From positions 1,634 through 65,633 of the IMG/VR virus record IMGVR_UViG_3300026035_000001: a stretch of 64,000 nucleotides of DNA. One strand, 5' to 3'. The notes beneath the pieces are model-generated. The model had not been told where the DNA came from. It worked only from the letters and a program-made list of their open reading frames with translations, and ran no database searches. Made by a program: the position numbers and the translations under genes. Positions 1-3,895 of this stretch are shown here, piece after piece (position 1 is the stretch's first letter; every line of letters begins with the position of its first letter). Source of the DNA: a virus (lineage: Duplodnaviria; Caudoviricetes).

Positions 1-55
1 AGGCAGGCGCCTGATGAGCGTCTATGAGGGTGTTCGATTCACTCAGGGACTACCA
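1..55 (+). tRNA. tRNA-Ile(GAT), 5'-truncated by window edge
   Basis: Anticodon arm GGCGC-CT GAT GA-GCGTC (6-22), T arm GGGTG-TTCGATT-CACTC, 3' AGGGACT-A-CCA ending at 55. Confidence 0.85.
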
Positions 56-69
56 TTCGGAGAAAGCCA

Positions 70-273
70 ATGCCGGTCGCTGTCGAGGTGTTGATGGAGG
101 AGGCTCGGCGCGAGCGCTGGCGTGCGCAGGACGCGATCCCGATCAGCTGCGGGTGCGTATTCTGCGACATCGGCATCGAGCCGGTGCGGCTGCGCCGCAA
201 TTGGGTGCACCACATCCGCGGCTCCGGCCGGCTGATTCGCTGCAACTTCAAGAACCTGAAACCGGGCGTCTGA
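70..273 (+). CDS. small Cys/His-rich hypothetical protein inside tRNA array
   Basis: GGAG SD upstream; 67 aa with CxCxxC and HH..C; fills the spacer between two tRNAs. Confidence 0.6.
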   Translation: MPVAVEVLMEEARRERWRAQDAIPISCGCVFCDIGIEPVRLRRNWVHHIRGSGRLIRCNFKNLKPGV

Positions 274-277
274 TCAC

Positions 278-359
278 GGACCCCGAACGTAAAGCAGGAT
301 GGTCTTGCAAGGGACTTTTAACCCCTCCGTAAGTGGCTCGAAACCACCGGGGTTCGCCA
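278..359 (+). tRNA. tRNA-Lys(TTT), irregular
   Basis: Acceptor GGACCCC/GGGGTTC, G73, CCA; loop CT TTT AA; 9-nt linker before a 5-6 bp D stem; T loop CTCGAAA. Confidence 0.85.
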
Positions 360-362
360 TTC

Positions 363-437
363 GGATCGATAGTTCAGTGCCAGAACGGCGGCCTCTTAAC
401 CCGCGCGTCCGGGGTTGGATTCCCCGTCGATCCACCA
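363..437 (+). tRNA. tRNA-Lys(CTT)
   Basis: Acceptor GGATCGA/TCGATCC, A73, CCA; loop CT CTT AA; D loop AGTGCCA, T loop TTGGATT. Confidence 0.9.
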
Positions 438-442
438 ATTTC

Positions 443-518
443 GTGCCTGTACCCCAACGGTAGAGGGATCGCGTTGAGGACGCGCTCAGTGGGTGTTCGA
501 GTCACCCCAGGCACACCA
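443..518 (+). tRNA. tRNA-Leu(GAG) with short variable loop
   Basis: Acceptor GTGCCTG/CAGGCAC, A73, CCA; loop TT GAG GA; variable region only TCAGT. Confidence 0.85.
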
Positions 519-525
519 TTTTTTT

Positions 526-624
526 GGGTCTGAAACCGTAGACGGTCTAGAAGCGGGACCGAAGATCGAAGTGCCCTTAGCGGCCGGAAGATCGCGGATG
601 TGGGATCGTCGCCCACCTGACCTA
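526..624 (+). ncRNA. tRNA-shaped RNA without a canonical anticodon loop
   Basis: Acceptor-like GGGTCTG/CTGACCT (one U.U), T arm GTGGG-ATCGTCG-CCCAC, V-arm-like GCGGCC-GGAA-GATCGC; no 7-nt anticodon loop, no encoded CCA. Confidence 0.6.
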
Positions 625-625
625 T

Positions 626-700
626 GGCCCTATAGCTCAACGGTGGAGCACCCCCCTGTCACGGGGAAGGTCCGGGGGTCAGCACCCCGTAGGGTCGCCA
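626..700 (+). tRNA. tRNA-Asp(GTC)
   Basis: Acceptor GGCCCTA/TAGGGTC, G73, CCA; loop CT GTC AC; T loop GTCAGCA. Confidence 0.9.
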
Positions 701-705
701 ATCAT

Positions 706-751
706 GGAGGCGTACCGCATAGGCGGATAACGGCGCCAGCCGGCCTCCACA
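706..751 (+). ncRNA. Y-shaped mini RNA (three-way junction)
   Basis: Stem GGAGGC/GCCTCC encloses hairpins CCGC-ATAG-GCGG and CGGC-GCCA-GCCG; 3' tail ACA. Confidence 0.5.
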
Positions 752-754
752 CTT

Positions 755-829
755 CGGAGTATGGGTCAGTGGTTGATCGCTCGGTTTGGGGCCGAGACAA
801 GGCGGGTTCGATTCCTGCTGCTCCGACCA
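755..829 (+). tRNA. tRNA-Pro(TGG)
   Basis: CGGAGTA/TGCTCCG, A73, CCA; loop TT TGG GG. Confidence 0.95.
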
Positions 830-834
830 ATTTT

Positions 835-924
835 GGGCCTTAGCACAGGTGTGCGGCTCGGTTTTATAAACCGGGGCACCGGACGGGTGTAGACGGCTCG
901 GCTCGATACCGAGGAGGCCTACCA
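835..924 (+). tRNA. irregular tRNA with UAU anticodon (nominal Ile) and long variable arm
   Basis: GGGCCTT/GAGGCCT, A73, CCA 922-924; D arm GCAC-AGGT-GTGC; loop TT TAT AA; V stem GCACC/GGTGT; T loop CTCGATA. Confidence 0.8.
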
Positions 925-1271
925 TGAAAGTCATCGCTAAGTATTTGGCGATGGAGCAGCCGCCGCTCCTGCAGCTGTGGGTACATGACGCGCCGCACCG
1001 GCGCATGCACGTGAGGGTGATCCAGGAGTACCGGCGCGCGATCTTGGCGGCGTGCCAGAAGGCTGGGATCATCACGCCGATCGCCGATCCGATCGAGCTC
1101 GATGTGCTGTTCGTCAATCCGTCGTCGCCCGATCTCGGCAATCTTTATCTGGCGCTGGAGCAAGCACTGGATGCGAAGGCACTGCGGCCGATGCCGGGCG
1201 TGGTGGTCGACGATAGCCTGATCGAGGCCGTGAAGATGGCCAAGTATTGGAATCAGGCGAAGAAAAAATAG
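924..1271 (+). CDS. RusA-like protein with degenerate active site
   Basis: PIELDVLF...PDLGNLYLALEQAL...VVVDDSLI matches the RusA pattern (DLDNxxKxxxDAL...DDxxV); SD GAGGAGG 6 nt upstream. Confidence 0.75.
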   Translation: MKVIAKYLAMEQPPLLQLWVHDAPHRRMHVRVIQEYRRAILAACQKAGIITPIADPIELDVLFVNPSSPDLGNLYLALEQALDAKALRPMPGVVVDDSLIEAVKMAKYWNQAKKK

Positions 1272-1348
1272 GATCTCTTAGCTCAACTGGATCGAGCGCC
1301 GGCCTCCGAAGCCGGGAGATCGGCGTTCGAGTCGCCGGGAGATCGCCA
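1272..1348 (+). tRNA. tRNA-Arg(CCG)
   Basis: GATCTCT/GGAGATC, G73, CCA; loop CT CCG AA; A20 present. Confidence 0.95.
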
Positions 1349-1351
1349 AAT

Positions 1352-1439
1352 GGATGGTCCAGGTGCAATGGTGCGCCAGCGGTCTTGAAAACCGTGGCCC
1401 GGGCAACCGGTGGGGGTTCGATTCCTCGGCCATCCGCCA
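1352..1439 (+). tRNA. tRNA-Ser(TGA)
   Basis: GGATGGT/GCCATCC, G73, CCA; loop CT TGA AA; long V arm. Confidence 0.92.
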
Positions 1440-1440
1440 A

Positions 1441-1589
1441 GAAGGGCTGATGCCTCACGACTGCGCCGGATTCGTAGTCATACGTTTGGGTTTGGTATCA
1501 CGATTCAAAGCCTTCCCGGAGGGCCCCGATCAATTCTGTGCAGGCCGGAGGTACGCCGCGCACGCGAGAGAGTTCAAAGCCTCGCACCA
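1441..1589 (+). ncRNA. two irregular structured RNAs, the second ending in ACCA
   Basis: 1441-1515: stems GAAGG/CCTTC, TGATGCC/GGTATCA, GACTGC/GTAGTC. 1538-1589: hairpin GCGAG/CTCGC followed by A-CCA. Both contain TTCAAAGCCT. Confidence 0.4.
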
Positions 1590-1591
1590 AT

Positions 1592-1666
1592 TGCAGGTAA
1601 AGGTCGGGTGACCCGTTCGGTCTCATAAGCCGGAACAGCAGGATTCGAGTTCCTGGCCTGCAACCA
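1592..1666 (+). tRNA. tRNA(CAT), elongator Met or Ile2 type
   Basis: TGCAGGT/GCCTGCA, A73, CCA; loop CT CAT AA; lacks the initiator GGG/CCC; 4-nt D loop. Confidence 0.85.
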
Positions 1667-1671
1667 ATTTC

Positions 1672-1762
1672 GGGTGGCGCAAGTAAGGATCGGCGGTCCG
1701 ATCGCCGCGCTGTAAACGCGGTCCCTTTGGGCAGGATGTTCAACTCAGTCCGTCACCCACCA
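1672..1762 (+). tRNA. tRNA-Tyr(GTA), irregular
   Basis: GGGTGGC/GTCACCC, A73, CCA; loop CT GTA AA; 9-nt linker, D arm GATCGG-CGGT-CCGATC; bulged T stem. Confidence 0.85.
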
Positions 1763-1763
1763 T

Positions 1764-1837
1764 GCGGCCATAGCTCAATGGCAGAGTTCGACCTTGCCAA
1801 GGTCGAGACGTCGGATCGTAACCGACTGGCCGCTCCA
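1764..1837 (+). tRNA. tRNA-Gly(GCC)
   Basis: GCGGCCA/TGGCCGC, U73, CCA; loop TT GCC AA; T loop ATCGTAA. Confidence 0.93.
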
Positions 1838-1841
1838 ATTC

Positions 1842-2096
1842 AGTCCGCGCCCGGCGGTGGATGGCCGGCGGCGGCTCGCGCGATCGATACTGCGGGAAGT
1901 ACAACCGCGAAGGGTCGACGGGAATGCGCCGCGGCGCCAATCGAAACGGGATGCCATCTGCCCTCTGGGACGGCTCCTCGCGCGATGCAATACGGTAAGG
2001 GTTTGGCGTGCCCTCCTACTTCAACGAAGACCCGCAACCGCGGCAAATTAATGAAGAGGTGACCGTGAAGGCGGTCGAATAAAACGCCATCTATTC
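1842..2096 (+). ncRNA. ~255-nt putative structured RNA between tRNA-Gly and tRNA-Phe
   Basis: No convincing ORF; hairpins CCGGC/GCCGG, GCGG/CCGC, AGGG/CCCT, GACCG/CGGTC, GAATA/TATTC; long-range GGGTC(1912)/GACCC(2029); CTCGCGCGAT occurs twice. Confidence 0.45.
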
Positions 2097-2172
2097 GCCC
2101 TGTTAGCAAATCTGGTGATTGCACGCGGCTGAAGACCGCAGGAGGCCTGTTCGAATCAGGCGCAGGGCACCA
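2097..2172 (+). tRNA. tRNA-Phe(GAA)
   Basis: GCCCTGT/GCAGGGC, A73, CCA; loop CT GAA GA. Confidence 0.93.
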
Positions 2173-2176
2173 ATTC

Positions 2177-2248
2177 GGGGAAAGCGTTGGGACGCAGTGA
2201 CCCTTTGCACGGCTCACGTTCGGAGTTCAATTCTCCGTTTCTCCACCA
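2177..2248 (+). tRNA. tRNA-Ala(TGC), compact core
   Basis: GGGGAAA/TTTCTCC with G3.U70, A73, CCA; D arm GCGT-TGGG-ACGC directly after the acceptor; loop TT TGC AC; 3-nt V loop. Confidence 0.85.
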
Positions 2249-2256
2249 TCTTCTAT

Positions 2257-2333
2257 TCCGGTCGGGCCATCTTGGTGATGGCGGGCGGCTGTTAACCGCC
2301 ATGCGGCAGGTTCGAAACCTGCGACCGGAGCCA
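2257..2333 (+). tRNA. tRNA-Asn(GTT)
   Basis: TCCGGTC/GACCGGA, G73, CCA; loop CT GTT AA. Confidence 0.93.
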
Positions 2334-2334
2334 T

Positions 2335-2409
2335 GCTGCCGTCGTCTACTGGCTAGGATGCTGGGTTCTCAACCCGGTGAAGCGGGATCGATACCCGCCG
2401 GCAGTGCCA
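2335..2409 (+). tRNA. tRNA-Glu(CTC)
   Basis: GCTGCCG/CGGCAGT, G73, CCA; loop TT CTC AA; T loop ATCGATA. Confidence 0.92.
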
Positions 2410-2414
2410 TTTAC

Positions 2415-2490
2415 GGTCCCGTAGCACAATGGATAATGCGCCAGACTACGAATCTGGGAGGTCGGGGTTCGAATCCTCGCGGGATCGCCA
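2415..2490 (+). tRNA. tRNA-Arg(ACG)
   Basis: GGTCCCG/CGGGATC, G73, CCA; loop CT ACG AA; A20 present. Confidence 0.95.
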
Positions 2491-2491
2491 T

Positions 2492-2565
2492 CAGGATGAA
2501 AGATTGCGGAAGTCGGGCGGCCTCGGATGCTGCCAGTGGAGGTTCGACTCCTCCCATCCTGACCA
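2492..2565 (+). tRNA. tRNA-Pro(CGG) with A37
   Basis: CAGGATG/CATCCTG (C1-G72), A73, CCA; loop CT CGG AT; 6-bp anticodon stem, 3-nt V loop. Confidence 0.85.
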
Positions 2566-2569
2566 ACAT

Positions 2570-2639
2570 TGCGGTCCTCCAGGGGATAAGCCCGGCTCTG
2601 ACCCGGGCGACGTGGGTTCGAGTCCTACGGCCGCAGCCA
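2570..2639 (+). tRNA. tRNA-Gln(CTG), reduced D arm (70 nt)
   Basis: TGCGGTC/GGCCGCA (U1-A72), G73, CCA; loop CT CTG AC; D region only 13 nt. Confidence 0.85.
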
Positions 2640-2646
2640 ATCCTAT

Positions 2647-2721
2647 GACCGGATGCCAGAGCGGCGATGGGCGGGCCTGCAAAGCCCGGCAAGGGGCGTT
2701 CGACTCGCCCTCCGGTCTCCA
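2647..2721 (+). tRNA. tRNA-Cys(GCA)
   Basis: GACCGGA/TCCGGTC, U73, CCA; loop CT GCA AA. Confidence 0.93.
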
Positions 2722-2723
2722 AT

Positions 2724-2800
2724 GCCCCGGTAGCTCAGTGGTAGAGCGCGCGTCTTCTAAACGCGATCTGGCGGGTGTTCGAATCACCCTCGGGGCTCCA
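2724..2800 (+). tRNA. tRNA(TCT), nominal Arg, with U73 and no A20
   Basis: GCCCCGG/TCGGGGC, U73, CCA; loop CT TCT AA; D loop AGTGGTA; 7-nt V region. Confidence 0.85.
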
Positions 2801-2804
2801 ATTT

Positions 2805-2880
2805 GGCCACGTACCGGTCGGGCCTCCTAAGCTCGATACCGTAACTGGAGATGGGCGTTCGACTCGCCCCGTGGCCACCA
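2805..2880 (+). tRNA. D-armless tRNA(CCT), nominal Arg
   Basis: GGCCACG/CGTGGCC, A73, CCA; only TACCGGT between acceptor and anticodon stems; loop CT CCT AA; 17-nt variable region; canonical T arm. Confidence 0.75.
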
Positions 2881-2881
2881 T

Positions 2882-2969
2882 GGAAGGCTAACCCGGCGGG
2901 GCCGGGCGTCGATTGCTAACCGATCGGCGGCGACTATGCCGTGAGGATCGTGCCCTCAGCCTTCCGCCA
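2882..2969 (+). tRNA. tRNA-Ser(GCT)
   Basis: GGAAGGC/GCCTTCC, G73, CCA; loop TT GCT AA; long V arm; T loop ATCGTGC. Confidence 0.9.
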
Positions 2970-2974
2970 TTCAT

Positions 2975-3049
2975 GCGACCTTGGGTCATTGGTTGATCGC
3001 CGGCCTTCCAAGCCGTGCCAAGGGAGTTCGATTCTCCCAGGTCGCTCCA
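2975..3049 (+). tRNA. tRNA-Gly(TCC)
   Basis: GCGACCT/AGGTCGC, U73, CCA; loop CT TCC AA. Confidence 0.95.
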
Positions 3050-3050
3050 T

Positions 3051-3125
3051 GCTGCGTTCGTCTACTGGCTAGGATAGCGGTCCTTCAAACCGCGGGAAGG
3101 GGATCGAAACCCCTACGCAGCCCCA
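3051..3125 (+). tRNA. tRNA-Glu(TTC) with C33 and C73
   Basis: GCTGCGT/ACGCAGC, C73, CCA; loop CC TTC AA; D arm identical to that of tRNA-Glu(CTC). Confidence 0.85.
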
Positions 3126-3130
3126 AATTT

Positions 3131-3204
3131 GGGCGGTTCGTTTAACGGTAGGACGGCAGTTTTTGAGGCTGCCTATGTGGGTTCGAATCCTACACCGCCT
3201 GCCA
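3131..3204 (+). tRNA. tRNA-Gln(TTG)
   Basis: GGGCGGT/ACCGCCT, G73, CCA; loop TT TTG AG. Confidence 0.92.
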
Positions 3205-3205
3205 A

Positions 3206-3276
3206 CGCTCTCCCTCCGGCGAGGAAACGGCTTTCATACGGCTGTCAGGCGCGATCGACACGCGCGTGAGCGACCA
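3206..3276 (+). tRNA. tRNA(CAT), compact core
   Basis: CGCTCTC/GTGAGCG, A73, CCA; D arm CCTC-CGGC-GAGG with no connector; 6-bp anticodon stem, loop TT CAT AC; V loop CAG; T loop ATCGACA. Confidence 0.75.
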
Positions 3277-3281
3277 ATCAT

Positions 3282-3358
3282 GCTGGAGATGCTCGATGGC
3301 AACGGGCGGCCGGACTGTGAATCCGGAGTACTCGGTTCGATTCCGAGCTCCAGTACCA
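3282..3358 (+). tRNA. tRNA-His(GTG), alphaproteobacterial type (no G-1)
   Basis: GCTGGAG/CTCCAGT (G1.U72), A73, T at -1, CCA; loop CT GTG AA. Confidence 0.92.
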
Positions 3359-3363
3359 AAATT

Positions 3364-3435
3364 ATCGGTGGGCTCCGGGAGCCGGCAGGTCTCCAAAACT
3401 TCGCCGCGAGGGTTCGACACCTTCCACCGGTGCCA
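3364..3435 (+). tRNA. tRNA-Trp(CCA), compact core
   Basis: ATCGGTG/CACCGGT, G73, CCA; D arm GGCTC-CGG-GAGCC with no connector; loop CT CCA AA; extended, bulged anticodon stem. Confidence 0.8.
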
Positions 3436-3443
3436 ATATCAAG

Positions 3444-3476
3444 CCCGGTCCCTTTCCCAGGGGCCGGCCTTTTTTA
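3444..3476 (+). terminator. intrinsic terminator of tRNA array
   Basis: Stem CCGGTCCCT/AGGGGCCGG followed by CCTTTTTT. Confidence 0.85.
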
Positions 3477-3484
3477 TTGTGATG

Positions 3485-3679
3485 TCAATGCAAATCGCGG
3501 TCTTCCTTGGAGTACGGCCCCTTGGCCGATGGCGTCCTTTCGATGCGACAGCCGGACCCACACATGCGCCCGTTCGGCGTCTGGTCGAAGCGGCCCCCGC
3601 ATGTCTCACAAGTCTTATTGTGACGCGCCAACCCCATGGCGCGGCGAACCTTTGTTGGCGTCACGTTGTTGGCCATCAC
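3485..3679 (-). CDS. small Cys-rich hypothetical protein
   Basis: 64 aa, CxxC...CxxxC; TGATG coupling to the upstream gene. Confidence 0.55.
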   Translation of the reverse strand: MMANNVTPTKVRRAMGLARHNKTCETCGGRFDQTPNGRMCGSGCRIERTPSAKGPYSKEDRDLH

Positions 3680-3885
3680 AGTTCCTTTAACTGCTGATTA
3701 GTGACGCTCTGTCGCGTCACGTAGGCTTGCGCATAGGCAATTGCTGACCCGAGATTTCGCAACACCTCTTGGATGTCGCCGAACTCCGGTTCCGGATTGG
3801 TGGCGATCTCGTCAAAGAATTTTTCATCCTTCAGCCAGCGCCGATAAATCGCTTTGACTTTGCGGGCTTTCTGCGCTGGCGTCAT
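3676..3885 (-). CDS. hypothetical protein
   Basis: 69-aa ORF in a tightly packed operon. Confidence 0.65.
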   Translation of the reverse strand: MTPAQKARKVKAIYRRWLKDEKFFDEIATNPEPEFGDIQEVLRNLGSAIAYAQAYVTRQSVTNQQLKEL

Positions 3886-3895
3886 CGCTAACTAC

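Noticed and set aside
1842-2096. tmRNA (one- or two-piece), group I intron or cobalamin riboswitch
   Set aside because: No tag frame ending in Ala-Ala, no T arm plus CCA, no flanking tRNA halves or clear P7; the B12-like fragments (GGGAAG, CCCGCAAC) are in the wrong order.
278-3435. tRNA-Sec despite Sec-like D arms
   Set aside because: No UCA anticodon in any of these tRNAs and no sel genes.
493-3690. ORF-track frames overlapping the tRNAs (e.g. 1727-2062, 2187-2648, 3163-3690)
   Set aside because: They lie across well-formed tRNAs, lack SDs and have no protein-like features.
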